NCBI GenBank assembly: GCA_045545475.1
Contig: JAZQAZ010000010.1
Span: 107,590 to 171,589 of the forward strand
Source: Clostridia bacterium
GTDB lineage: Bacteria; Bacillota; Clostridia; CAKSNL01; HGM11501
Length of the DNA: 64,000 nucleotides
Direction: 5' to 3'
This document shows, piece after piece, positions 41,239-52,074 of the stretch (position 1 is the first letter of the stretch; every line of letters begins with the position of its first letter). The notes beneath the pieces are model-generated. The model was not told the DNA's origin. It was given only the letters and a program-made list of their open reading frames with translations, and searched no databases. The translations under genes were made by a program, and so were the position numbers.

Positions 41239-43947
41239 ATGAAAAAAGTATTGAAACTTGCACTTATTTCTCTTATGATTTTGTCGCTTCTTCCGTTTAC
41301 GGCTATGGCAAAAGAAGTAAGCTATAAAGCGACGGATTCTGCTGTAAGAGAAAATGCTCCAACAGTTGAAAATTACATCAAATTCACCAGGGAGTACGGG
41401 TATTTTGAGATAAAGGATGTTGACCTTACGGGGATAAATTCCGTCTCCGTTACAAGTCATCACGCCGATTCGGATTCCAGCTATGACGGTGACTATCTTT
41501 TTGTCAGACTTGATTCCCCAAAGGGTAAATCAATCGGAACAATTAACATTGATACAAGCGCTTCAGGCGTCGATAAGGTCTTTAAGGGAAGCATCGAAAA
41601 AACAGAAGGCGTGCACAATGTATACATAATGAGCTATTTAAGTGCCAACGGCACATTTGTAAAGGATGTTACCTTCTCAAGTGAAGTGTATAACGGTGCA
41701 TATGTTCCGGCTGACAGAAGCAAGTATCAGGATACTCACTCATCAACCTGGGCACTTACTGACGACTACGGTGTGAGAGCAGCGGATTTTGAAGAGGTAG
41801 GAAAACTTGACGAAAACAAAAAGGTTGGTATATTTTATTGGACCTGGCACGCGAGAAAACCATCTCAGTATCACAAGGCCTTCAACAATACGGAATTTAT
41901 TAAAATGCATCCCGAAGCAAAATATGATTATGCTAACAGATTATGGCCTACAAGCAGCACGGAGTTTTACTGGAATGAACCGCTTTTCGGGTTTTATTCG
42001 GGAACTGACTACTGGGTAATGAGAAAACATGCGACCATGCTTAAAAACGCAGGAGTTGACGCCCTTTTCTTTGATGCCACAAACGGACACAAAACCTGGA
42101 GAAGCCAGTACGAAGTGCTCTTTTCCGCACTTTACGATTCCTTGGAGGCAGGAAATGATGTGCCCAAGGTTGCATTTATGTGTAATTTCAGCAGCACCGT
42201 AGCAGAAGGAAAGAGCAATTTGAAGCGACTTTATTCAGGCGCATATAAAGACGGCAAATATTCTGACCTTTGGTTTATGTGGGAAGGAAAACCTGTTGTA
42301 ATGGCATATCCCGAACACTTAAAGCCTGAAGAAGGCGATGAGCTTGATGCAAAGCTAATGGAAGAGATGCTTGACTTCTTCACCTTCAGACCGGGACAAC
42401 CTTCTTACAATACAGGTTCAACAAGAGAAGACCACTGGGGTTGGCTTGAAATGTATCCTCAGAATAAATTCGGAGATAACGGCGACGGAACCTATGAGCA
42501 GGTTACGGTTGGTGTTGCTGCAAATTTCTCATATATATCAAACTCAAAAGTCGCTATGAACGATCAGTATGTAACAGGCAGAGGCTATACCACCGGTCTT
42601 GGAGATGATAAGAGTACGGAAGGAAAGAAGAAGGGATACTTCTTCCGTGAACAGTTATCCCGTGCTCTTGAGGTTGATCCTGAATTTATGTTCATTACAG
42701 GATGGAACGAATGGAGAGCGGGAAGATATCAGTCCTGGGGCGGAACGCCCAATGCCTTTCCCGATCAGTTCGACGATAACGGAAGCCGTGATATGGAACC
42801 TTCGAAAGGAGAACTTAAAGACCTTTACTACTGTTATCTTGTAGATGCCGTAAGAAGATTTAAGAGTGCAGAAATGCTTCCCGAAGCATCGGCTGAAATT
42901 ACCATTGACTTAACAGATCTTTCTGCCTGGGATGCAGTCACACCCGAGTATTACAATGACAAGGGAACATATACCCGTGATAATCAGGGCTTTAGTAACA
43001 TTCGTTACACAAATGATACTATGAGAAACAACCCCATAAAAGCGAAGGTGGCAAGAGATAAAGAAAATATTTATTTTATGGCAGAGTGCGAAGAAACATT
43101 AAAGGGTGAAGGAGATTCCTCCTTTATGAACCTTTATATTGATTCTGACAGACTGCATAAAACAGGCTGGGAAGGATTTGACTATGTAATAGCTGGCACA
43201 AAGGTTTATGCACTTGCATCTGACGGTACAAGAAACGAAGCAGGAAATGCGGAATACAAGATAACGGGAAGCACCATCGCAGTAAAGGTTTCACGAACTC
43301 TTATTAATCTCTCAGGCACACTTGACTTTGAATTCAAGTGGACAGATAACGTGGTAACAAAAGACATTCTTGACTTCTACAGTTACGGATGTGTTGCACC
43401 TATGGGCCGCTTTAACTATCGCTATAAAGAGACAAAATCCGTTTCCTTAAGCGATGCAGAAAGAGCTTCACTTAAGAATACAGGCGTATTCAAGGCAGGC
43501 AGCGCAAAGATGTTTGTAAACGGCGGCATGTGCGACCTTTCACCGAAAAATCCCGGTGTAACTGCCTTTGAAAAGGACGGAACACTCTATATTCCTTCCG
43601 AATCATTTGATAAAGTTATGGGATTCGGCAGAGCAAGAACAGAATATGATTCATTCTACAATATGCTCTTTACTTATAATTATGAGCTTTCTGAAGATGA
43701 GACAGAAGTTGTAAACTATATATGGACGGCAACAAAAGTCGGCAGTGCAGAAACGAGAGTAAACGGAAAGTATAAAACTCTTACACATCCCTTAATTTCT
43801 GAAAACGGAATAGTTTACATTCCGCTTTCGTTAATAACCGATTGCTACGGCTGGAATATTTACGTTGCAGGCAACGGAGTTTATGCAGTAGGTTATGATG
43901 GAATAAGCGCATCAGGCGTAAATGCTGCAGTGGCTTATTTTAATTAA
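41239..43947 (+). CDS. Secreted glycoside hydrolase (CBM6-like + GH99/GH71-like catalytic domain + C-terminal anchor-like domain)
   Basis: Signal peptide; VGIFYWTWH, EPLFGFY, GVD..FFDATN, ITGWNEW, SRDMEP. Confidence 0.7.
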   Translation: MKKVLKLALISLMILSLLPFTAMAKEVSYKATDSAVRENAPTVENYIKFTREYGYFEIKDVDLTGINSVSVTSHHADSDSSYDGDYLFVRLDSPKGKSIGTINIDTSASGVDKVFKGSIEKTEGVHNVYIMSYLSANGTFVKDVTFSSEVYNGAYVPADRSKYQDTHSSTWALTDDYGVRAADFEEVGKLDENKKVGIFYWTWHARKPSQYHKAFNNTEFIKMHPEAKYDYANRLWPTSSTEFYWNEPLFGFYSGTDYWVMRKHATMLKNAGVDALFFDATNGHKTWRSQYEVLFSALYDSLEAGNDVPKVAFMCNFSSTVAEGKSNLKRLYSGAYKDGKYSDLWFMWEGKPVVMAYPEHLKPEEGDELDAKLMEEMLDFFTFRPGQPSYNTGSTREDHWGWLEMYPQNKFGDNGDGTYEQVTVGVAANFSYISNSKVAMNDQYVTGRGYTTGLGDDKSTEGKKKGYFFREQLSRALEVDPEFMFITGWNEWRAGRYQSWGGTPNAFPDQFDDNGSRDMEPSKGELKDLYYCYLVDAVRRFKSAEMLPEASAEITIDLTDLSAWDAVTPEYYNDKGTYTRDNQGFSNIRYTNDTMRNNPIKAKVARDKENIYFMAECEETLKGEGDSSFMNLYIDSDRLHKTGWEGFDYVIAGTKVYALASDGTRNEAGNAEYKITGSTIAVKVSRTLINLSGTLDFEFKWTDNVVTKDILDFYSYGCVAPMGRFNYRYKETKSVSLSDAERASLKNTGVFKAGSAKMFVNGGMCDLSPKNPGVTAFEKDGTLYIPSESFDKVMGFGRARTEYDSFYNMLFTYNYELSEDETEVVNYIWTATKVGSAETRVNGKYKTLTHPLISENGIVYIPLSLITDCYGWNIYVAGNGVYAVGYDGISASGVNAAVAYFN

Positions 43948-43961
43948 AGGAGGCGAAAGTA

Positions 43962-46463
43962 ATGAAAAAATTGATGTCTTTTATGCTTACAGGATTTATG
44001 CTTTTGTCTCTTATGATAGCGACAAATGCAGAAGGAAATACCATAGCGAAGGATTCATCATGGAAAATTTCTGCGACGGATAATATGGCGGGTTCACCTC
44101 CGGCATTCGCTTTTGACGGAAATCCGGAAACAATGTATCATTCGTTTTATAAAGTTAATCCCGACGGCACAATGAGCTATGAAAGAAACAACCACGCTAT
44201 AACAGTTGATTTCGGAAAAACCATAAATGTATCCGGTTTTACATATCAGGCAAGAAATGACAATAAATCAGGCGTGATGACGGCATATGCCGTTTATGCA
44301 TCCACCGATGGCGTTAACTTTAAGGAAATACATACCGGAACCTTTAATTACGGAGAAGACTATACGGATACTTCCTTAAAAACTGCTTCATGGGGTAATA
44401 CGGAAATGAGAGCAATAAAGCTTGTTTCCATCGAGGCTTATGCAGGTCACTTTACAGCACCTGAAATCACATTTTTGGAGGGAACAAGCGGAAGCAAAAA
44501 CGGAAGCGGGGCATCTTATGTTCCCACCGGAGCTGAGGCAGAAGAAGCTAAGAAAGCGGATAAAAACAATGTTTCTCTGGATGAAGTCGGCGGAAGCATA
44601 ATAGAAAAGGATGCAACATGGAAATTTTCTGCAACCGACAATTATAGAGGAATGGGTCCTGAGCTTGCCTTTGACGGAAATGATAAAACTTACTATCACT
44701 CCTTCTACGAGGTTACAGAAAGCGGAATGAACTGGCAGAGAAACGGCCACGCCATAACAGTTGATTTCGGAAAGAAAATCATGGTGTCAGGCTGGATATA
44801 CCAAAGGAGAACAGATGACAAGTCCGGTACAATAACAGGCTATGAAATTTATACTTCCGAAAACGGAACGGACTTTACTAAAATTTACACAGGAGCCTTT
44901 AACTACGGCACGGACTATTCAGACCTTACGGCAAAAATAGGCTCCTGGGGTGATACTGAAACACGTTATATAAAAATTGTTTCAACTGAGGGTTATGCAG
45001 GACACGCCACCGCCGTGGAAATTTCATTCCTCACCGGAAGCAAGAGAGTAGAAGAGACGACAGAAGAAAATCAGAAATCAGAGGAACTTTATACTGCGGA
45101 AAACGGAGTGAAATCCATTTCAAGAAAGGGCTGGAAAGTTTCCGTTAATTCCGACCTTAATAATGGTATTGCAAATATCATTGACGGAGACACAAAGAGC
45201 TATTGGCACTCATGGTATAAGGCATCCGGAACAACCGTAACAGAAAAAGATGGCTTACCTTACGAAATTGAAGTTGTGCTTCCGAAAGTTGAAACAATCT
45301 CAGGCATTATATTCATTCCGAGACAGGACAATCAGAGCGGTCGTTTTATATCAACCAACGTTTATGCTTCGGAAAGTGACGAAGGGGAATATTTCCTTCT
45401 TACGGAAGGCTTTGCCACAGAAACAAATCCCGACACAAAAGAGCTTTTATATAACTCAAATGTAAAGGCGAAGAAAATAAAAATCGAGGTTATGGCTGCC
45501 TACGGAACCTATGGCACACTGGCAGAGCTTTATATACTTGGCGAAAATAAGGATGCAGCTACCGTAAGCTATGAAGAGTTTGCGGAAAATGAAAAGAAGC
45601 ATAAGATGTATGCTATTAACAAGGCTAATATGCGGGCATCATCTGAAACACCATCATGGTCAGAGCACGTTCCGGGACAGGTGCTTGACGGAACAACCGA
45701 AAACTTCTGGCAGACTGAATGGGTTTCTGAAGGGACAACAATAAGCCTCAAGGTTGATCTCGGCACTGTTACTGAGTTTTCAAAAATAAGCTATCTTCCG
45801 AGACAGACTGAGGACCACCACGGTCTTTGGAAAAATGTTACAATCTGGGTTAGTGAGGACGGCGAGGACTGGAAAGCCGCAAAGGAAAATATTGCCGTAG
45901 AGCAGACTTTAGGAGAACACATTTTTGACCTTGGCGGAAACGTAAGTGCAAGGTATGTTGACTTTGAAATAACAGACTTTGAGGCTTCCCGCGCATCCTG
46001 CGCCGAAATTAATTTCTGGCAGGACTACGAAACATATTTGAAATACGGAGCACAGGGAGAAAAATACACTCTTAAAATTGATTCAAATATAATCAAGGTT
46101 GAAAAAGGAAAGAACTCTTATGAAAAGCAGTTAGATGTTGCACCTTACATTGTAAATGGATCTACATTGATTCCCTTAAGGGGATTGCTTGAAGAAATGG
46201 GGGCAACTGTTTCTTGGGATGGTGAAACTCAGACAGTGACCCTTGAAAAGGGAGCATTGAAGCTTGAGCTTCAGATATGGAGCAAGATGGTTTATGCCGA
46301 GACTGCTGCATACGGAAGAGTACGTCACACAATGCTTAACTTCCCTGTAATAAAGGATTCAAGAACCTTTATTCCCATCCGCTTTGTTTCAGAACAGCTT
46401 GGATACACAGTTTCATGGGATGGCGAGACGAGAACTGTAACAATTACTACTCCCGAAGTATAA
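43962..46463 (+). CDS. Secreted protein with 4x F5/8 type C domains + copper amine oxidase N-terminal domain
   Basis: Repeated AFDG..T.YHS / VDFG modules; TLIPLR and RTFIPIRFVSE. Confidence 0.85.
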   Translation: MKKLMSFMLTGFMLLSLMIATNAEGNTIAKDSSWKISATDNMAGSPPAFAFDGNPETMYHSFYKVNPDGTMSYERNNHAITVDFGKTINVSGFTYQARNDNKSGVMTAYAVYASTDGVNFKEIHTGTFNYGEDYTDTSLKTASWGNTEMRAIKLVSIEAYAGHFTAPEITFLEGTSGSKNGSGASYVPTGAEAEEAKKADKNNVSLDEVGGSIIEKDATWKFSATDNYRGMGPELAFDGNDKTYYHSFYEVTESGMNWQRNGHAITVDFGKKIMVSGWIYQRRTDDKSGTITGYEIYTSENGTDFTKIYTGAFNYGTDYSDLTAKIGSWGDTETRYIKIVSTEGYAGHATAVEISFLTGSKRVEETTEENQKSEELYTAENGVKSISRKGWKVSVNSDLNNGIANIIDGDTKSYWHSWYKASGTTVTEKDGLPYEIEVVLPKVETISGIIFIPRQDNQSGRFISTNVYASESDEGEYFLLTEGFATETNPDTKELLYNSNVKAKKIKIEVMAAYGTYGTLAELYILGENKDAATVSYEEFAENEKKHKMYAINKANMRASSETPSWSEHVPGQVLDGTTENFWQTEWVSEGTTISLKVDLGTVTEFSKISYLPRQTEDHHGLWKNVTIWVSEDGEDWKAAKENIAVEQTLGEHIFDLGGNVSARYVDFEITDFEASRASCAEINFWQDYETYLKYGAQGEKYTLKIDSNIIKVEKGKNSYEKQLDVAPYIVNGSTLIPLRGLLEEMGATVSWDGETQTVTLEKGALKLELQIWSKMVYAETAAYGRVRHTMLNFPVIKDSRTFIPIRFVSEQLGYTVSWDGETRTVTITTPEV

Positions 46464-46555
46464 TTAAAAGCTCCGAAACATTGTTTCGGAGCTTTTTTAG
46501 CTAATTTCTTGTAAAATAGAAAGATGTGTGATATAATTAAAAAGAGGTGATTTTT

Positions 46556-47584
46556 ATGCCGCTTCAGATTATACGAGAAGACATAACCAGGATGAGGGTT
46601 GATGCTATTGTAAACCCTTCCAATGAAATACTCTGGCCGGGAGGCGGAACTGATGCCGCTATTCACAAGGCCGCAGGCTCGGCCCTGCTGTCAGCTTGTC
46701 AGGCCCTTGGCGGTTGCAAGGTAGGAGAAGCGAAGATAACAAATTCATTTAAGCTTCCAAGTAAATATGTCATACATACAGTTGGCCCTGTGTGGAGGGG
46801 CGGGCTGAACAACGAAAAGGAAAAACTTATATCCTGCTACAGAGAATCTCTTAAGCTTGCAAAGGAAAATGATTGCGAAAGTATAGCTATTCCGCTTATT
46901 TCATCAGGAACATACGGCTATCCGAAAGACAGTGTTTTGAAAATAGCCATTCAAGCCGTGAGTGAGTTTCTTTTCACGGAAGAAATGATGGTCTATATTG
47001 TGGTTTTTGATAAAAAATCCTATAGTTTCAGCGAAAAACTGTTTTCGGACATCAAGGCCTATATAGATGACAGCTATGTAGATGAGCACTCGGACTTTTA
47101 TACAAATTGTAAAGACTTGGGAGAAGAGCGACCGTTAATGAATTCTATGCCACTACCTTCCGAAAAAAGGTGTATGAGAATTAACGATGGTGCATTTGAA
47201 CCCGGAGATGAACTTGAAAAAATTATTTTGGAGCTGGATGAACCTTTTTCTGTCAAGCTGTTAAAGCTCATAGATGAAAAGGGATTTACGGATGTAGAGT
47301 GTTATAAAAAATCGAATGTAAGCAAGAAAACCTTCTGGAAGATAGTGAATCAAAAGGGGTATAAGCCAAGTAAAAACACTGTACTTTCCTTTGCTATCGG
47401 ACTGGAACTTAACTTGGATGAAACACTTGCTTTGCTTAAAACTGTAGGACTTACACTATCATCCAGCGAGAAATTTGATGTAGTGATTAAGTATTTCATC
47501 GAAAGAGAGGTTTATAATATATTTGATATAAACGAAGCTCTTTTTGAATTAGATTTACCGTGTTTGGGCGGGGCAGTTTCTTGA
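46556..47584 (+). CDS. Macro-domain protein with C-terminal HTH-like region
   Basis: DITRMRVDAIVN, PGGGTDAAIH, VIHTVGP, PLISSGTYGYP. Confidence 0.9.
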   Translation: MPLQIIREDITRMRVDAIVNPSNEILWPGGGTDAAIHKAAGSALLSACQALGGCKVGEAKITNSFKLPSKYVIHTVGPVWRGGLNNEKEKLISCYRESLKLAKENDCESIAIPLISSGTYGYPKDSVLKIAIQAVSEFLFTEEMMVYIVVFDKKSYSFSEKLFSDIKAYIDDSYVDEHSDFYTNCKDLGEERPLMNSMPLPSEKRCMRINDGAFEPGDELEKIILELDEPFSVKLLKLIDEKGFTDVECYKKSNVSKKTFWKIVNQKGYKPSKNTVLSFAIGLELNLDETLALLKTVGLTLSSSEKFDVVIKYFIEREVYNIFDINEALFELDLPCLGGAVS

Positions 47585-47683
47585 GTCTCCCGACGGGAGA
47601 CCAAAAGCGATTCCCGAATGAGTATAATGTGGTTGTAAGGTAAAAAAACCTTAAATCACATTATTTTTTTGGGAGGATTTATT

Positions 47684-48325
47684 ATGAGAGAAATGGTAAA
47701 AAACAACATAACGGAAATGGTGTTCATTATTGACAGGAGCGGATCGATGACAGGCCTTGAAGCAGATACTGTGGGTGGATTTAATTCCATGATTGAAAAG
47801 CAGAAAAAGCTTCCGGGAAAAGCTTATGTTTCAACAGTTCTTTTTAATCATGAAAATACGGTTGTTTACGACAGAGTACCGCTGGAGAATATAGAGCCTA
47901 TGAAACTTTCGGACTATGAACCGCTTGGAACAACTGCCTTGCTTGATGCAATAGGCGAGGCTGTTTATCACATTAAAAACATTCACAAGTATGCAAGAAA
48001 AGAGGACGTTCCCGAGCATACTGTCTTTGTTATTACGACTGACGGAATGGAAAATGCAAGCCGTAGATTTGACAGTAAAACCATAAAGAAACTGATTAAG
48101 CAGTATGAAGAAGAATACGGCTGGGAGTTTCTTTTTATAGGGGCCAACATCGATGCGGTTGAAACGGCCTCTGACTTGGGAATAAGACAGGAACGAGCTG
48201 CAAATTACAATGCAACGGCAAAAGGTACAAAGATGCTTTACGAGGTTGTAAGTGATACGATGTCTTGCCTGCGTTTTGACTCACCGGTTGAAGCAGGATG
48301 GGCAGATAAGTTAAAGGAGGATTGA
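47684..48325 (+). CDS. von Willebrand factor A domain protein
   Basis: MIDAS DRSGSM, TALLDAIG, ITTDGMENAS. Confidence 0.9.
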   Translation: MREMVKNNITEMVFIIDRSGSMTGLEADTVGGFNSMIEKQKKLPGKAYVSTVLFNHENTVVYDRVPLENIEPMKLSDYEPLGTTALLDAIGEAVYHIKNIHKYARKEDVPEHTVFVITTDGMENASRRFDSKTIKKLIKQYEEEYGWEFLFIGANIDAVETASDLGIRQERAANYNATAKGTKMLYEVVSDTMSCLRFDSPVEAGWADKLKED

Positions 48326-48326
48326 G

Positions 48327-49127
48327 ATGATAGGTGCAATTTTAGGAGATGTTGTAGGGTCAATTTATGAGTTTAACAATATAAAAACAAAAGATTTTGA
48401 ACTCTTCGGTAAAAAGTGTTCTTTTACAGATGATACGGTTATGACAGTCGCTGTTTCAAAAGCACTCAGAAAATATGAGGAAATTGACGAAAATAATATG
48501 GAAGATTTTAAGGCAACACTTATTTCTGATATGCACGAAGTAGGAATAAAATACCCTTATTGCGGATATGGAGGAAACTTTCGAGTATGGATAATTCGAA
48601 ATGCTACAGAACCATACGGAAGCTTCGGTAACGGATCTGCAATGCGAGTGTCCGCCGTGGGATGGTACGCAAAAAGCCTTGAAAATGCTGAATTGATTGC
48701 AAAAGCCACAGCTGAGGTTACGCATAATCATCCTGAGGGAATAAAAGGTGCTGTTGCAACAGCGGGAGCGGTGTACCTTGCAAGAAGCGGTAAAAGTATG
48801 GAAGAAATAAAAAAATATGTGGAAGGCTTCTATAATCTGGATTTCACATTGGATGAAATACGCCCGCATTATCATTTTGATGTGACATGTCAGGGAACAG
48901 TTCCACAGGCTATGGAAGCGTTTTTTGAATCCGTGAGCTTTGAGGATGCTGTAAGAAATGCCATTTCCATCGGCGGTGACAGCGATACTCTGGCGGCCAT
49001 AACGGGAGCTGTGGCGGAGGCGTATTATGGTATTGAAAAAGAATTTAAGAAAAAAACGCTTTCATATCTTGATGAATATCTTTTTTACTTAACCGAAAAT
49101 TTCTGCAGTAAATTTTGTGTTGAATAA
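48327..49127 (+). CDS. ADP-ribosylglycohydrolase
   Basis: GAILGDVVG, FTDDT, GNGSAMR, THNH, GGDSDT. Confidence 0.92.
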   Translation: MIGAILGDVVGSIYEFNNIKTKDFELFGKKCSFTDDTVMTVAVSKALRKYEEIDENNMEDFKATLISDMHEVGIKYPYCGYGGNFRVWIIRNATEPYGSFGNGSAMRVSAVGWYAKSLENAELIAKATAEVTHNHPEGIKGAVATAGAVYLARSGKSMEEIKKYVEGFYNLDFTLDEIRPHYHFDVTCQGTVPQAMEAFFESVSFEDAVRNAISIGGDSDTLAAITGAVAEAYYGIEKEFKKKTLSYLDEYLFYLTENFCSKFCVE

Positions 49128-49249
49128 TTTTTCACGGGAAGCCTTTTAACAAGGCTTCCTTGTTTTTTATTCGGCAAAGTTGTTGACGGATAAATAATTT
49201 TTGTGCTATAATTTATCCTGTAGATTTTGTTTGAATGGCGGTGTAGCTG

Positions 49250-49999
49250 ATGGTAGAAGTGGTTGCGGCATTAATCTGGGATAAGGATAAGTTTTTAATA
49301 TGTCAGCGTCCTGAAAATAAAGGAAATGCACTTCTTTGGGAGTTTGTGGGCGGCAAGGTTGAAAAAGGAGAAACAAAGGAAGAAGCCCTGATTCGTGAAT
49401 GTCGAGAGGAGCTTGATATAATCCTTTCGGTGGATGACGAGTTTATGGATGTGGTGCATGAATACCCTGACATCACGGTGCATCTTACGTTGTTTAATGC
49501 CGAAATAAAGGAAGGTGTCCCAAAGAAATTAGAACATAACGATATAAAATGGATAACAGTAGATGAAATGGATAAATTTGACTTTTGTCCTGCGGATACA
49601 GTGCTGCTTGACAAAATTAAATCTGAACGGAGGGACAAAATGATAAATAAATTACTTAAAAGTGTGCTTGATCAGGACACAGCACCTGTTGTTGTCTGCG
49701 ATATTAATGACTGTATACGTTATATGAATCCTTGTGCAATAAAACGCTATCATAAGGATTTGACAGGGGAGAGTATTAAAAAATGCCATCCTCCTAAGGC
49801 AAATGAAATGATTGATAGAGTTGTTTTGTGGTTTAAGAAAAGCAAGGATAACAACATTGTTTATACCTATCGTAACGACGAGGAAAATAAGGATGTTTAT
49901 ATGGTTGCCCTTCGTGACGATGACGGTACTTTGATAGGCTATTACGAAAAGCACGACTACAGAAACAGAGAAACATTAAATCTTTATGAAATGAAGTAA
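49250..49999 (+). CDS. MutT/Nudix hydrolase fused to a PAS-like domain
   Basis: Nudix box GGKVEKGETKEEALIRECREEL; second domain starts MINKLL...YMNP...CHP. Confidence 0.8.
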   Translation: MVEVVAALIWDKDKFLICQRPENKGNALLWEFVGGKVEKGETKEEALIRECREELDIILSVDDEFMDVVHEYPDITVHLTLFNAEIKEGVPKKLEHNDIKWITVDEMDKFDFCPADTVLLDKIKSERRDKMINKLLKSVLDQDTAPVVVCDINDCIRYMNPCAIKRYHKDLTGESIKKCHPPKANEMIDRVVLWFKKSKDNNIVYTYRNDEENKDVYMVALRDDDGTLIGYYEKHDYRNRETLNLYEMK

Positions 50000-50013
50000 A
50001 AGGAGAAAGTATT

Positions 50014-50415
50014 ATGAAAATTGCAGTAACTTACGAAAACGGTGAAATATTCGGACACTTCGGTCATACCGAACAGTTTAAGGTGTATGAGATTGAAGGC
50101 GGAAAAATAGTTTCAACAGAAATTTTAGACACAAATGGAAGCGGACACGGAGCTCTGGCAGGCTTTCTTGAAAACCTGGATGTTGATGTACTTATCTGCG
50201 GAGGAATTGGCATGGGTGCACAGTTGGCTTTGGCATCTTGTGGAATCAAGCTCTTTGGCGGAGCTTCCGGAAATGCCGACAAAGCAGTTGAAGCTTTCCT
50301 TTCGGGTTCATTGAATTATGATCCCGATGCAAAATGCGATCATCACGGTCACGAACACGGCGAAGGACATAACTGCGGAGAGCATAGCTGTGGAGGAAAT
50401 TGCCACAATCATTAA
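50014..50415 (+). CDS. NifB/NifX family protein with His/Cys-rich tail
   Basis: IFGHFGH, VLICGGIG. Confidence 0.88.
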   Translation: MKIAVTYENGEIFGHFGHTEQFKVYEIEGGKIVSTEILDTNGSGHGALAGFLENLDVDVLICGGIGMGAQLALASCGIKLFGGASGNADKAVEAFLSGSLNYDPDAKCDHHGHEHGEGHNCGEHSCGGNCHNH

Positions 50416-50477
50416 GGCAACAGAGAGTTGCTTGATGAAAAATGAAACCTGTAATATAATTGGCGTGAGGTGATTTT

Positions 50478-51239
50478 ATGGAAACAAAAGATATTTTAGC
50501 AAAGCTCCGAAACGAAAAAGGGCTTACGCAGGATGCGTTGGCAGAAAAAGTATTTGTCACAAGACAGGCGGTGTCCCGATGGGAAACAGGGGAAACACAG
50601 CCAAACACCGAAACGCAGAAGCTTCTTTCAAAGCTTTATGATGTATCCATAAATACTCTTTTGGGCTCGCCGAGAGAGCTTATTTGCCAATGCTGCGGCA
50701 TGCCTCTGGAAGATTCTGTGACAAGTAAGGAAACAGACGGTTTCTTTAATGAGGAATACTGCAAGTGGTGCTATGCCGACGGAGAATATATGTATCACAA
50801 CATGGATGATCTTATTGACGTTTGCGTAGGTCATATGGTAAATGAAACACTTTCGGAAGATGATGTCCGTTCATATTTGAAAGAGACTCTTCCAAAGCTC
50901 GATTACTGGAAGCGGTATAGAGAGCTTGGCGGAGACGGGGCATTTGATGAATTTAAGAAAGTTTTAATTAATGAAATCAATGATTTACATATTGAGGGGA
51001 TGCCTCATCTTACAAAGCTTAATGCCCTTGTGGGTGGTTATATAAACCTTGAATACAGACTTCCGAGCGGTAAAACCGTTAAGTTTTTGGATGACGGGGC
51101 GACATATCTTGGCAATCAGCTTGAAAGCGAATTTGGCGGTAGATGTTTCGGCATTGCAGCCAATATGGACTTTATTCTTATTTGTACATATGAAGAAAAC
51201 GGCGAAAATCCCGAGCTTGTTATGTATAAAAAGAGGTAG
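50478..51239 (+). CDS. XRE HTH regulator with zinc-ribbon domain
   Basis: LTQDALAEKVFVTRQAVSRWE; CQCCGMPL...YCKWCY. Confidence 0.85.
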   Translation: METKDILAKLRNEKGLTQDALAEKVFVTRQAVSRWETGETQPNTETQKLLSKLYDVSINTLLGSPRELICQCCGMPLEDSVTSKETDGFFNEEYCKWCYADGEYMYHNMDDLIDVCVGHMVNETLSEDDVRSYLKETLPKLDYWKRYRELGGDGAFDEFKKVLINEINDLHIEGMPHLTKLNALVGGYINLEYRLPSGKTVKFLDDGATYLGNQLESEFGGRCFGIAANMDFILICTYEENGENPELVMYKKR

Positions 51240-51291
51240 GACGATGCTTAGTTCAAAGCAAAATGATAGTTGATTTAAGGAAAGTGATGTT

Positions 51292-52074
51292 GTGAGATTG
51301 TCAAAAGGAAAAAACAACTTTCAGGATAATGTGTATTCTTACTGGGAATGGAGTGCACCTGTTTTGCAGACACACGATGAAATAATAGCAAAGCTTGCTG
51401 AACTTAATTTAGAAGGGCGTACAGTGAAAAATGTACGTTGCGTGGGAATGGCATATAATTGGAATGATGACAATATAGGTGAAGCGGTATACAGGGCACT
51501 TGGAGATATGAGTAAGGAAGATAGAAAGAGGTTGCCTAATCCGGAAGCATTTCTGCCTGAGGGAGTATATATCCCATGTTGGGCAGAGATTGATGAACCA
51601 TTCATTATTGAGTTTGAAGACGGCGACGCTCTAGCTATTGATTATAGTGAGGGCAGCAGCGTAAGGATGGAAATGAATACACTTCCTGTAAATATTTTAT
51701 GGGGGACAAATAATCCTACAGTTCATGCTAATAAATTGTTTTCGGATATTATAGGAAAAAGGATTACTGCTGTTGAAATCGTGACTTCAACAGTGATGCC
51801 GGAGTTTACAGGATCATATGGACTGGATTTAGAAGAACAAGCGGCTTATATAGTTGGTCTTCATATCAAATATAATGATGGTAGTTTGCGGTATCCTCAA
51901 AAATCGTTATTTTTTACGTCATGGATGGATTACGGAGAAGTTTCGATAAGAAATCATGGAGGCGAGGCACTGCAAATTCACGCTCCTTATGTAAAGGAAA
52001 TCGTAAAGGGTTTTGTAGATGATGAAGTGTTGAACTCCCAAAATGAATTTGATTTGTCCGAACTAGATAAATAA
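51292..52074 (+). CDS. Hypothetical protein
   Basis: 260-aa ORF with AAGG RBS; no motif recognised. Confidence 0.65.
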   Translation: MRLSKGKNNFQDNVYSYWEWSAPVLQTHDEIIAKLAELNLEGRTVKNVRCVGMAYNWNDDNIGEAVYRALGDMSKEDRKRLPNPEAFLPEGVYIPCWAEIDEPFIIEFEDGDALAIDYSEGSSVRMEMNTLPVNILWGTNNPTVHANKLFSDIIGKRITAVEIVTSTVMPEFTGSYGLDLEEQAAYIVGLHIKYNDGSLRYPQKSLFFTSWMDYGEVSIRNHGGEALQIHAPYVKEIVKGFVDDEVLNSQNEFDLSELDK

